From Cirrosporium novae-zelandiae (Eukaryota), in contig JAPETS010000016.1 in the NCBI GenBank assembly GCA_026023565.1, positions 1-64,000 on the forward strand: a stretch of 64,000 nucleotides of DNA, read 5' to 3'. Shown here in pieces: positions 36,967 through 49,232 of this stretch (positions within the stretch are counted from its first letter, which is position 1; each line of letters starts with the position of its first letter). The position numbers and the translations under genes are program-made. Below the pieces are notes generated by a model that worked only from the letters and a program-made list of their open reading frames with translations, did not search any database and was not told the origin of the DNA.

Positions 36967-38041
36967 TCAATAATAAACATACCTCCTATCATCCAACAAA
37001 TCCACCGCATGCTGCCTCCCCTGAGCCTCAAGCTTTAGCCTCGCAGCGGTACTAGCCATAATCTCCTCATCCCTCAGCTTCACGAGCTCAGAAACCTGTC
37101 TCACCCTCTGCAGGACCTGCTCAGGGGGAAACTCGGGCAGCATGCTGCAGGGGATATCGCCTCGGTCGCGCCAGATGCCGTAATGTCGTAGGGCGCGGTT
37201 TAGGTTTCCCCAGCCCTTGGAGGGATCGCAGAGGAGCTCGAGGGCGGTGAAGTCGGTGAAGCCGCGGAGGGTGAGGAGCGGCATTTGGTTGTTGCTGGTG
37301 TAGGGGGATTTGGAGTGGCAGATTTGGCTTAGGAAGGTGGTTATGTTTCTGGGGTTTGGGTTTGGGGGAGGGTGGTAGTAGTGTTGCGGAGTTGGATTAT
37401 ATGGTCGATTGAGAAGTTGTCGTAGGCTTGTTTGAGTTGGGTGTCTGCCATGGCTTCTTTGTTGGTGCCGAATACCAGGGTGAGGTTCTTTTTCCCTGGT
37501 GGTTATGATGGGGTTGGTTAGGTAAGGAGTTGCTGTGTAAAATCCTGTGGAGGGAAGGACGGAGGAGGAGGAACTTACAAACGTTTTGTTGGAGATCGTA
37601 GCCTTGGACGTCGAGGAAAGCAGAGTATGTTTCTGGTCGAAGGTGTCCGGTACGGGATGTATCCAGGTGGGTGAAGATTGCTTCCATCAAGACCATAAAT
37701 GTCGATGTGGGCATGGTGTTGGGGTTGAAAAGAGGCATCCATTGAGGCCTAGTCGAGCCCGATGCTTGAGGAGATGATGGGCCTGGCTGCTGAGCATTCT
37801 GTGCGATTGCTGGTCCTGTGGAAACCCGACGAGGTGGAAGTGGAGGTGGGGGAGGTGGTGGTCGAGAATAACCACTGGTTCTATACAAAGAAGTGGGGTG
37901 GCTCGAGACATGATCTTTAGAGAAATTCTCAACCGTATAACAATTCGCACAAATATCATAATTATGACAGGATTGACAATGGATCCTAGCTTTGTTTGGG
38001 GGAATAGCATCGCTACAGCCACTACAGTAGAAGGTGGCCAT
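36967..38041 (-). CDS. ZZ-type zinc finger + EF-hand-like protein; intron 37496-37578; apparent frameshift at ~37345-37395
   Basis: CSGC...RIHCQSCHNYDICANCY...H...H ZZ motif, poly-Pro linker, FTHLDTSRTGHLRPETYSAFLD EF-hand-like loop. The C-terminal MPLLTLRGF...DPSKGW...LRHYGIW segment lies in another frame. Confidence 0.7.
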
Positions 38042-38589
38042 GTTAGTGGATCTGATATGATTTCTGGGATTTTAGGATTCCTAGTAACTAATGGAAAGGA
38101 CAAGCAGAAAAAAATTGAAAATCGCAAAAGCAACAAGAGAGAAAGCAAATAGCACCCTTTAAGAGATAGATATTGCCAAGTTAAGATGTCAACCTAGACT
38201 ACCAGTATGACCATGTGTTGTATATCTGATGGGATAGTTAGGCCAGCCAACATTCGAAGGAGGCCTGCATTATCATCAACCCTCAGTTATCAAAAGCTAC
38301 GCCTGTTCACTTTGAGTAACCACATGCATCCTAATTTGGAGATATGTCATGAATGTGGAGGAGAAGGTGGCCGTCAAAGGTGGGACACTTCGGGTAGTTT
38401 ATCTTGGCGCTAATAGTAAGCTTAACCCAAAGTTAGGTTAGTCGACATTTCTACAGTACAGTAATTAGCTAGATCTTAAACGACTCTGATAATTAATGTG
38501 TACTTATTTCGCATAAATCTCTTATCATATATTCTCTAGATTAATTCATAGCCCGACCAACCCCGTTGGTTTGGCCAGAAATTTCCTGT

Positions 38590-40263
38590 CTATAGTTTCA
38601 GACCCTTCGCCATCACCTCTATAACTTTCTCCCGAAATACCAATGATAAAATTGTCTTTTGATCATCGTCATTATCCACGCCAAATTTGCCTGTTAGGCA
38701 AAGAGAAACCGCATCTGAATAGGCCCTTCCCATCTCTGCGGTGAGTGTTGTCTTTACATAGTCGAGATACCAACTAGTGGTCCTTTCCAATGGTAATATC
38801 CCCTTGCCACTTGCTATTCGAATCTGGTTACGGCAAAAGCTGGACACTGTTCTCCAGATACCAATCTCTAACAAGACAACCCCGAGGGCGTATATGTCAT
38901 GCTCTTTCATAAATTCGAACCTGGGCTTACCCTGTTGCCGGGGATGCCGATAGAAATTTTGTTCAACCTCAAGATCTACGGGTAGCTCCATGTTCGGCTC
39001 AGATGATCTTGCAGTATCCCATCCCAGAAGGTAAGGAATAATTGGCTGTGACGGGGGTATGGAGTCAAGGGAGCGAGACGATTCGTCTCCTGGAAAAATA
39101 ATAATTCCTCTGCTCCAAATGTTCCTGTGAAGCCAGCCGAAGCTATGGGTATTGAAAACAGCTGTAGCAAGCCTATGAGCCAAGAGGAACCGAGATCCCA
39201 AGGCAGGTTTCATGCTGGGATAAGGTTGGGTATCATTAATGAAATCATGGAGGGTTTTAAGTTCTGCTTTCCCGGGGCGTAGTTGAGGAAGCTCATAGAG
39301 AAAGACAAACCTAGACTTAGTAGGTTCATCGAGATAGCCCATGCATTGAAGATAAGATATATCTAGCTGTTCCGATGCCACAGCGGTGGTTTTCGTCCCT
39401 TTTTTAGCGAAATCTGATACCTGGAGGTGCCAGGCTAAATCCCGGATAGGATCTTTCAGATTTTTGATGGACTTCAGAAAATCAGTTCCTTCAGACTTGA
39501 CCATCTGGCAAAGCTTCAGGTTATATGGCCTGTATTCCACCACAACCTCTTTAATAGGTGATTTCCACTCATCTTGATAACGAGCAATATAGATGCTGTC
39601 TTTCGGCACGACAGAATTGTCCACTAGCTGGCCCCACCGAGCTCGGAAGTGCTCTGAGGGTTTTTTCGTTGCCAGAATCTGTCGTTTGATCACATCTCGT
39701 ACGCCCAACCCTCCTGCCTCTAGGCTATCTGCAAAACTTTGAAGCCTCCCATCTCCACGCGCTACAAAGGCTAGAAGTACGAATGATATTGTCTGCCGAA
39801 GCCGAGTGGTCCATTCACTATATATAGCTAGGGTTTTGAAGATTGTTTTCTTGTCGAATAAAGTCCAGTCGATTATCCCCCTCCTTAAATCGTTGAACTC
39901 CGATATTAATCGACTCTGAACCAAAACCCCTTGCTCCTTGATTGTATCGCCGTGGCGGCCAAGATTTGCATGTAATATGCCATGTCTTGATGCAACCCTC
40001 TCATACTTGCCAAGAGTATCATAAAGAGCGTTTAGGATATCTAGTACATCTTTCTTCACGAAATCTGCAACCTTGTCTTCATTCACCAAGGTACCTTTTT
40101 TGAAAAAGAAGGAATCAAAAGATTCGAGGAAAAATATTTCCTGATCTAGTTTTCCTTGAATATCTACATCATATGACATTATGTTCGTGACAATCTCTTT
40201 GATAAAAATGGTAACCTTGTAAACATCTTGAATCACTCTTTGAGCGATATCGACGACGTTCAT
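38590..40263 (-). CDS. HeLo-like (prion-inhibition-type) N-terminal helical domain fused to a kinase-like (probable pseudokinase) domain; intronless, 557 aa
   Basis: Helical N-terminus with IDWTLFDKK...WTTRL. Kinase-like LQCMGY, HSFGWLHRNIWSRGIIIF, PYLLGWDTAR, YRHP, HDIYALGVVLLEIGIW, YSDAVSLCL. Confidence 0.8.
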   Translation of the reverse strand: MNVVDIAQRVIQDVYKVTIFIKEIVTNIMSYDVDIQGKLDQEIFFLESFDSFFFKKGTLVNEDKVADFVKKDVLDILNALYDTLGKYERVASRHGILHANLGRHGDTIKEQGVLVQSRLISEFNDLRRGIIDWTLFDKKTIFKTLAIYSEWTTRLRQTISFVLLAFVARGDGRLQSFADSLEAGGLGVRDVIKRQILATKKPSEHFRARWGQLVDNSVVPKDSIYIARYQDEWKSPIKEVVVEYRPYNLKLCQMVKSEGTDFLKSIKNLKDPIRDLAWHLQVSDFAKKGTKTTAVASEQLDISYLQCMGYLDEPTKSRFVFLYELPQLRPGKAELKTLHDFINDTQPYPSMKPALGSRFLLAHRLATAVFNTHSFGWLHRNIWSRGIIIFPGDESSRSLDSIPPSQPIIPYLLGWDTARSSEPNMELPVDLEVEQNFYRHPRQQGKPRFEFMKEHDIYALGVVLLEIGIWRTVSSFCRNQIRIASGKGILPLERTTSWYLDYVKTTLTAEMGRAYSDAVSLCLTGKFGVDNDDDQKTILSLVFREKVIEVMAKGLKL

Positions 40264-41340
40264 GTCTGGCCTTGCACTAGGTTTCGATGGAGCATAAAGA
40301 GTGCTGAGGGTACAAGTGGGAGATAGCGACGGGAATGACGATAGTCAAAATGATGGTGGACATAATAGTTGATTGGAAATTAGCTGCAGGTACACAGGGG
40401 ATTCATATTATATAGAAGAGCAGGAAAGTCAACGGCTCGGGGATCATTCTAGCCCACTGCTAGAAAGGTTGCTGTCACCTGCAGGGTTTGAAACCAGTAC
40501 GACAAGATCCAATCAACTATTTGGAATCTCGGCATTGATGGCGAGGGTGCGAGTCACCAAAAAGATGAGAAACGATGGATCATATTCAAAAATCGCATCT
40601 TGAGGAACTCTCGGCGATTGACAGCCTTCTACCAACAAGTACTCCCTAAACCAGCCAACTTCGATTAAGTATTGAGATATTGAATAAAGTGCACTAGGAT
40701 TATGACTCTCTTGCATCTCCTCTCACTTATTTCCCGGTGGATTGGGGAATTTTAACTTCTTATCATATGTTGTCATTGCGAAGTTGAATCAACTAGACTG
40801 TGGCTTTGGGTCTTAATCTTGGTTTAGGTTTTCGGCGTTGAAGCTCTTAGCCGATTGTGGCTTTTGAAGAAGACCTTAGACTAAGGCCTCGAGCTCCCCT
40901 ATTTTAAGTGTGCTTCATTTTCTTTATATATAGGTCGGCATCTCTCTCACTAAAGTTCATATTCCCGCTTCCCTGTCTTTAGACCTACTTGCAGAGGCAT
41001 CCGGGTTTTTGCCTTGAAAGGCCGATGATACTTGTAAGGTGTTATCATTGCCAATACCTTGGAACAGATTTGAAAACCCAAAGTGATGTAATCTCACTCT
41101 AAGTTTTTTGAACCTGCCAGGAGGTAGTAAAAAAATGTCTCCTACAGCCATGTCTAGATTCTTACTTATATTTACTAAACAAAAGAAATAGCAAAAAGTT
41201 CAGATGCCCCCGCCCCAGTGTCTGAGTTAATGGTTGCATCTTATGAAAACCCCTACCTTAGGCCTGCTCATCCTAAGAGGATGTTTTTCGTTCTCCCTGT
41301 ACTAGATTGTCCCCCCTCGGTCTTGGAATTGTTGAAATTT

Positions 41341-41447
41341 TGACGTCGGTCGGATTCGAACTCGGTGTGTCGTCTCGCAGTAGCCTTTGTCCTGACTTCG
41401 GAATGCGCCCGGTCTACTGAACGGTTTACCACTGAGCCACCATGGTC
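41341..41447 (-). other. tRNA-like Pol III element (pseudo-tRNA or tRNA-derived SINE head)
   Basis: The minus strand has an A box TGGCTCAGTGG and a B box GAGTTCGAATCC. Acceptor and T stems pair poorly, and there is no clear anticodon arm or oligo-T terminator. Confidence 0.45.
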
Positions 41448-42286
41448 TCTCGTTGAAAACTAGTACCCTTGCTTACTACATAAAGGACCCTGCTGGATGA
41501 TTCCCCTAGGAACGGGTATTGCCTACGCTTCTGTTTCCTCATGCCTTCGTCTATGATGCTATTTACCTTCTCGTGTTGCTTGCTTATGATTATTCCCCAC
41601 CATCTAGCTAACCCCCCATCTAGCTAATCCCTATCCAAGCTTACCGATCCCAACACGAAGCTCATATAATTTCCCGAACACGTCGGCGAAAAGAGTCTTG
41701 GATTCCTGACTATATCTCAAATCTGTGAGTCTATCCCACCCCTCCCCAACCTCCAAGGCCAGGGTCCGAAGGCATTCCCAACCTTATCTATACTATTGAG
41801 AATTTTTGTGCACTAGGTTGATGGAAAATATAAAATAGGTAAGACGAAGTGATCTTATTCCAATGTATCTCCTGGCAACGAATTAGAATACGCCCAAGGT
41901 TATTTTGTTGGAGAAGTTCCCGATAGGCTTCTTAATACTATACCTGAGATGAATGTTGAAGATGTTTAAAGACTATAAAGTAGCCGACAATTGAGAGTGA
42001 TGTCAGATATGGTTGTAGAATTGTAGTGTTGAGGTACCAACAACACAACACGCACAAATGTATATTAACGCCCAATTGTCTTAAATAAAATCTCACATAT
42101 TCCCGACTTCACAACTTTCTAATCTCTCAACTTCTGTACTTCCACACTCCCCCAAATTCTAGAGACTTCATTCTCTCAGAGAAGATCGCTAATTTGATAT
42201 TCAGCCCTACGCTAGGTGCTCCACATCCGCAAATAACCTTAAAGCCAACCCCTGAATGCCAAGACATATAGCTTCCCGTTGTGACG

Positions 42287-43394
42287 ATGACATCCCGCGT
42301 CCCGACTCAGCGGAGTCTTGAAGAGGTCGATACAGAAAATAGCCATCAATATCGTATACTTGAATCCCCTACAGCCCGATACCGCCTCAAACACCCACCA
42401 AAGATCCCACATCAAGCCCCTCCGCGCCTGTCATCAAGGTCCTCATCTTATAGTTACGAAGACAGCATCGACAGTCCCCTTGAAACCATCTCCGAGGAGC
42501 CTTCTCCAAACATACTACGCTCCCTCCTCTCACCGCGCAAATCTTTAAACGCGCTCATCTCGCCTCGAAAGACAAAGTCGTCTGATGAGCTAAGTCGAGA
42601 CATCTTCCACAAGAACAACAACAAGTACAATACAACTCATACAGCTGCACCGCCAAGGGAATCAGTCCTCTCCCTCTTCTCCTCTCCAAAATCCCCCACT
42701 CCGCTACCCAATCACGAAAATATTAGCAGGAGGAACCTGACCGGTCCAATCGCCGCATTCTCACCACCGTCACGTATTCCACGTATACTCAAAATAGACG
42801 CTCAAGTCATGCCTCCGCAAGATAAACAAGAAAAGCGTGCAGCCGCAAGGGAGGTCATTGATATTCTGCACGAGATTAGTACCCTGCTGGTATGCCTACC
42901 TATCCATTTGGCTTATTTTTTTTGCCTACTGCGTTGAAGGGGGCAAGCAAATTCAAATCTCCGATTTTTGTTAAAAAGAGAATGGATACAATTTTTCAAT
43001 TGAGCGCGGCCTTTGTAGCTAGGACTAGGACGTCGAGGAGGCCTACAAGCAAGACGCTATTCACCTCTACTGTTTTTTTTAACAACCGAAATGACTAATC
43101 ACGTTAAAACAATCTAGAATACCCATCTCGACCGATCCCAATTATCACTTTGTGCGAGTCTGATAGAAAATGGAGTTCGACCCGAAGCACTAGCTGTATG
43201 CTCTCATCCATCCATCCCCCACTCCCCAACCATCAAAATAAAAATTTGAAATATCCCCCCGGAGATCCATATATTTATTACTTACCTACTAACCGCTCCC
43301 ACGCTTCAAGACCGTGATTCTAGAACTCAGAGAGGAAGGCGACCGAGTCCGTGAGGAGCACGGAGATGTGAGAATTGGGGACGAAGGAAGATAA
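42287..43394 (+). CDS. MZT1: Mitotic-spindle organizing protein 1 (MOZART1, gamma-tubulin complex); introns 42890-43117 and 43196-43310; core starts at ATG 42809, with an optional in-frame extension from ATG 42287
   Basis: Spliced core AAAREVIDILHEISTLL|NTHLDRSQLSLCASLIENGVRPEALA|TVILELR matches the MOZART1 family. Confidence 0.88.
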
Positions 43395-44016
43395 GATTGG
43401 AATAGTCTGATCTGATCGTTACGAAGCTCAAATGCCTTATTTTTTGAATCCGGTTGACTGACTATCTTAAAAGGGGAGAGGAGGGGGGGGCACTACAAGA
43501 CCAGAGGTTCCCCCTTGAGTAGGCCATTGTTAATAAGAATAGGAGGAGAAGAATGTTGGCTATAAAGCCCCATGGCAAGGTGCTCTGTAGCAATTGGCTA
43601 TGTTGGTATTGGGTTACATATATACTGTCTAAAGTCTTGCAGTGTGGGAGGATTCTATAAGGGTGACGGGGAATGAAAGGGTATGGAGAGGTTTAGACTG
43701 CTGAGTTCCGGGTATGCCTGTGTTAATGATACCTGGCAATAAAACTCTGCAGATGATGTCAATGAGTTATGATTGATTATGTGAGAGAGATCTCCCAGCT
43801 GGTATACGACCCTACTCTACCTCAACTAGAGCAAAATCAATTGAGACTTTCATGTACACTCCGTTCAATGCGATTTAGTACACTCACGCCAGAATCACTC
43901 TCAATTCTTGAATAGGAAATATAAGATAGGATATAGGAAACGTAGGCCTAAGCTACGTGCGAGGATCCCGAGGGCTTATTTGGAGTAAAGTGAGGAATCG
44001 TTAAGGCTATCACATT

Positions 44017-45495
44017 CTAACTCTTTGCCAGCTTCTCCTCCGCCTCCTTATCTTTCGTCCCATGGGGTCCGGTTGTCTCGCTGGCCTCCATGCTCATGCT
44101 TCCCTTATTACCAATACCCTCGGCCATTGCTTCGGCTGCTGCCTTCTTTAGCCTCTCGGTATCTTCTGCCTTCAAGTCCTTGGACTTTGCCTCCTTCTCG
44201 TCATCGCTATCACCTAGACTAAAAGGGTCATGTTCAGCAACTGGGCTAGGATCAACGGTTGAAAGGGGCTGCCATTTGCTGGAACGAGTTGCAGAGGATG
44301 AGCGTTTGGCGGGATCTGACGAGCCACTATATAGGTCGTTGATTTCATCCGGGGGCCCGTCTTGAAAGGAAACACGTCGATTAGATTGAGGTGCTGGAGG
44401 TGTGGGTTTAAAGAGATCAGGGTTTGCAAGTGGTCGGTGGGAGCGACGGGATTCCGCTGTTGCGTTTATAGCTGTAAGCTTTGGCACATATTTGTAAGAG
44501 AGACATTATTCTTACCCTCAGCATCTCGTAATTCGAGGCCAGAGAAGTCGTCGCTCAGTACTTTGGGATCTGCATCATAGCGTTGGTAGTCACCGCTCAC
44601 GCTCCTCCTACCCATTTCCCCGCTTCGTCTGTTGCCATATTGGGCGTTCTGGAATCCTTGATTTTGTCCCGAAGACGGGCCACCAAATTCCTCGTCCTCA
44701 CCATCGAGCTTCTTTTTTAGATTGGCGACCCAGCTATTGACCTTAGATTGCGTTTCAAGGAAGCCTTTACGAATGTTTTCACGAATGACCGGAAGATCGT
44801 CTACGGATAGACATAAGCCTCCTGATTAAATAAAAGTGGCTTCATAGCAACATACCATCAATAAAGCTGTGCTCCTTGTCGTCATATAATTCATTGGGTT
44901 TTAAGCCGGTCTCCTGTCGCTGTCCTGGCAGTCTAGGGTTCTGACCTCGACCAGACCTAGGTGCATTATAATCATCTGCTGTGCTATAGTGTTGAGCGAG
45001 TTGTCGAGCGTATCTCTCGTCGGCTTCAAGTTGGCTTTGGGCCGTAGAAGTAGGTCCAGAGGACGTGCGAATCGGGCGAGGTGGCTGAGGTGGAGGTGTA
45101 GGTTCGATTTGGGAATCAGGGTCCGACATACTCAACAGAGCGTTAAATGCCGGTTCAACCTTCCCTCCACTTGCTACAAGAACGGCTTTAATAACCGCCG
45201 CATCGATACTTGGAAAGGCATCCTTCAAAGTATTTTCCGCTTGCTGCTGTGGACTCATAGGACGAGGTGGCTTTACAGGAGGCACTTCATTTCCATCTGG
45301 TTGGCGGAGAGCCTGTGACGACGAGTCGTGGGTAGCCATGGTTGGAGATAGTATTCCCGATTCTTGTGGTTCATCGTCAAAATCCAACTCGCGAGCGGTC
45401 GTGGGAGATTCAGGATGGCCCTTGCTTTCCAGTTAACCATGTAACAGTACGTAAGGTGGGATTGTCAGGCATACGGGTTTCTCTATCTCTGGCAT
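44017..45495 (-). CDS. CUE5: CUE-domain ubiquitin-binding protein (Cue5-like), 4 exons
   Basis: ESPTTARELDFDD, CUE domain LKDAFPSIDAAVIKAVLVASGGKVEPAFNALLSMSDP, QLEADERYARQL, DDLPVIRENIRKGFLETQ, KWQPL...DPFSLGDSDDE. Confidence 0.85.
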
Positions 45496-45886
45496 CTTGG
45501 ATAAGACGACGCCAAAATCTTGGTAGAAGTAATGATAAGGATGTAATCTAGATATTATTATGATATGAAGAAAAAGGTCCTAGAGTAAGGAGATGTCAGC
45601 TTCACAAATGAATTAGTTCATGAGATTGTGCAAATTGTTGCCATTGCGCTTTCTTCCTGCCTTGATGGAATGACGTTCCGCTGCGGCAACTGCCGAGATA
45701 TACATAGCTTGGAACGTGGGTAGCTAAGCTTGCACTGCCTTCACATGTAGAAGTTCTCAAGTTTCTCTTATTTTCTAAAGTGAATGTTCAAACCAAGTCA
45801 AGCTTAGCAATGAAACCAAATTAATTCGCAATTAGTACAAATCATGGTATAATGAAGCAGTTATATCAGTACTAACTGTTATCAAC

Positions 45887-48016
45887 ATGGCGTCTGATTT
45901 TGACCTGTCTGCGTCCTTCGTTTCGGCCCTCTACAAACCTTCTGCGCTTCTGCCAATAGCGCGGCATCGAGAATCTTTACTTTATCTAGTGGAGACATTC
46001 CCAGTGACGATTGTGGTTGGGCAGACAGGAAGCGGAAAGACTACCCAGATACCTCAATTCTTGGAGCAATCAGGATGGTGCGCAGATGGAAAAGTGGTTG
46101 CGGTGACACAGGTGGGTAAGTCAACTTCTCGTAATAATCAAGGTAGTAATATGATACTGATTTATATAATAGCCTCGACGTGTCGCTGCCACCACGGTTG
46201 CTACCAGGGTTGCTGACGAAATGAAATGTAAAGTAGGGGAAGAGGTCGGCTACTCAATACGATTTGAAGATGTGACTTCGGCTGCAACAAGAATAAAATT
46301 TCTAACTGATGGATTGTTACTCCGCGAGGCTCTTGTGGATCCTCTTCTTTCACGATACTCCGTGATCATGGTGGATGAAGCTCATGAACGATCTCTTAGC
46401 ACGGATATTCTGCTAGGCATATTAAAGAAAATTAGAAAGAAGAGACCGGAACTTCGCATTATTGTAAGCAGTGCGACACTACAAGCGGAGGAATTCTTAA
46501 AGTTCTTCGCTGGAGATTCTGAAGAAAAGGATGATAATGTTGCAAATCTTGGAGGGACAATTGGCCGGATCATCAGCTTAGAAGGCCGAATGTATCCAGT
46601 GGACATATTATACCTAGAAGAAGCTGTCGATGATTATGTGGAACGAGCAGTCAAAACTGTCTTTGAAATTCATTCGAACGAGCCGGATGGTGATATTCTG
46701 ATATTCTTAACTGGGAGGGAAGAAATCGATACCGCAATCCAAATGATAACTGAAAGAATGGCATCGCTCCATCCTCGAGCACAAGCAATCCTACCATTAC
46801 CGCTTTATGCTGGCTTGACGACAGAACAGCAAATGTATGTTTTTGAACCAGCTCCAGAAAATACAAGGAAGGTAATTATCTCAACAAATATTGCCGAGGC
46901 GTCAGTAACGGTTGATGGTATATCATATGTTATTGATTGCGGTTTCGCTAAGCTCCGAGCGTATAATCCTGTGACTGGCATTGAAACGTTGACTGCAGTT
47001 CCTATATCTAAAGCATCTGCAACTCAAAGAGCTGGTCGAGCTGGAAGAACAAAGCCTGGAAAGTGTTTTCGGCTCTATACAGAGCCTGCATACGCAAGGC
47101 TACCTGAAGTCACAGTTCCAGAAATACAGCGCTCGAACCTAGCTCCTATTATCCTACAACTAAAGGCGCTCGGGATTGACAATATTGTGCGATTCGATTT
47201 CTTAACATCGCCACCCGCCGAACTTGTGATTAGAGCACTAGAGCTTCTATATTCTCTGAGTGCGCTCGATGAATATGCGAAATTGACCAGACCGCTGGGT
47301 GTTCGAATGGCTGAGCTCGCTGTCGAACCGATGATGGCGAAAGTTTTACTTTCAGCGTCTAATTTTAGCTGTCTCAGTGAAATGTTAACTATTGCAGCTA
47401 TGACAAGCTTGCAAGGAGCAGTTTGGTTCCATCATGAAGGCGATAAAAAGGCTTCAGAGTCTGCCAGACACAAATTTGCCGTCGAAGAGGGTGACCATTT
47501 AACCTTACTTAATGTCTATCAAGCATTTGTCACCAAGGGCAGGAAGGAGGGAAAGTGGTGTAAGGATAATTATCTCAATTATAAGGCGATGACCAGAGCT
47601 GTGAGTATCCGAGCTCAGCTCAAGAGGTATCTCGAGAGGTTTGGCGTCAATGTTGATGAGGCTTTAACCTCCAAATCTAATCAGATTGGTCAAAGCGAGA
47701 AAGGGGAGAGCATACGGAGATGTTTGACTACAGGATTCTTTGCTCATGCGGCGCGCATGCAACCTGATGGAAGTTTCAAGACAGTCAATGGCGGAATAGT
47801 CCTACATGCTCATCCGAGTTCTCTAATGTTTGTAAGTTATCGGAAATCGCCATATCTTATAAACGTACTAATACCTAATAGAACAGAAAAGCTGACTGGG
47901 TGATCTTTCATGAAATTATGGAGACTGGAAATAAAACATACATCCGAGAGATAACTAAGATTGAAAAGTCCTGGCTTTTAGAATATGCTCCTGAATATTA
48001 TCAGGTCAAAACATAG
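45887..48016 (+). CDS. DHX35: DEAH-box RNA helicase, DHX35-like; introns 46112-46172 and 47832-47881
   Basis: GQTGSGKTTQ, TQ|PRRVAA, DEAHER, SAT, STNIAEASVT, QRAGRAGR, HPSSLMF; very short N-terminus typical of DHX35. Confidence 0.9.
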
Positions 48017-48287
48017 AAGGAAATGTACAATATAATAAAAGGAAATTTCAAAGTACTGAGATCAAACTTGGGTATTTCGTGTATTGATATAAACTGAGAT
48101 CGTAAATCTCAAGTCGATTGATCCCTAGGAGAAATTCTACATCCTAAGTTAGAATAAATGCCATACTAGAAAATTTCGAAAGCGCGACCGATTTGTTGAC
48201 TGTCTTTTTCAAGTCACCATCCTTGTAACCATTTAGCCATCTTAGACTTAGAAAGTATTCTTGATCTTTAATCGAGATACGCCCACC

Positions 48288-49000
48288 ATGTCTGACCATC
48301 ACTATGACCATCATGACCATCATGACCATCACGATCACGCAGGCCACGATCATTCGCACGATCTCACTCCAGTCCTTCAATCACTTCTTCACAAGGAAAT
48401 TGATTTCGATGCTATTGTAACGCTCAATGAAGCGGATCCAAAATCTGGGGCTGCCATCGTCAAGAAGACATGGGCAGAACGTCTGAACCCTGAACCAGAG
48501 CTCCAGAGCGATACTGATGAGCAGCTGTTGATGCACATACCGTGAGTAAGCTAACTAAGATAGTGGCGCACAGAGCTGAACGTCGCAGCTTCACCGGCCA
48601 AGCAAAACTTCATTCTATCCTCCTCTGCACCTCGAACGACAACAGTGCACCAATGACTCTGAAGCTTTTTCGTAATCGCGATAACCTTGACTTTTCGGCA
48701 GCCTCTGAGGTTCCTCCTACGCAGAAGCTTATCATTCCTCAGTCGTCAGAGATCGTCGATCTTCCAGTCAATCGCGCACATTGGAATATGACAAGGAGCA
48801 TTACGTTGTTTTTTGAGGATAACTATGGACAGGGGGATGAAGATGTTACGAGAATAAGCTACTTGGCCTTTAAGGGCGAATTTATGGCGCTGAATAGAGA
48901 ACCAGTGACGTTTTTGTATGAGGCTGCTGCCAATCCTAGCGATCATGTCAAGATTGCTGGAGTGGGAGGAATCAATAGTAAGATAGGTACTGGGAAATAA
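48288..49000 (+). CDS. PITH domain protein (PITHD1-like) with His-rich N-terminus; intron 48542-48588
   Basis: LQSDTDEQLLMHIP|FTGQAKLHSI, LFRNRDNLDF, TRISYLAFKGEF, YEAAANPSDH. Confidence 0.9.
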
Positions 49001-49232
49001 GAGGACTAGGCCTAATGATTAATCTTGATGAACACTAAGTTAAAGTAGATTGAGATGCCTTGTGATATTGTAAATGTATATGTCCATGATGTTCGCATAA
49101 AGTCCTCCAACGCCAACGCTTGCAATGCAAAAATGAATATAATTCTATATGATGTGGCCCCAGGAGCAGTGCTCGACCAAGGTAGCCAATGCTGGGAGCC
49201 TCGCGGCTTAATAGGAATTTCCCGGAGCCTGC

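Noticed and set aside
41341..41447. Functional tRNA, including tRNA-Sec (a TTCA is present)
   Set aside because: The stems do not pair, there is no 7-nt anticodon loop or terminator, and ascomycetes are not known to use selenocysteine.
23300..41450. Starship or other large mobile element carrying the accessory genes
   Set aside because: No tyrosine recombinase, transposase, terminal repeats or target-site duplication could be seen at either border.
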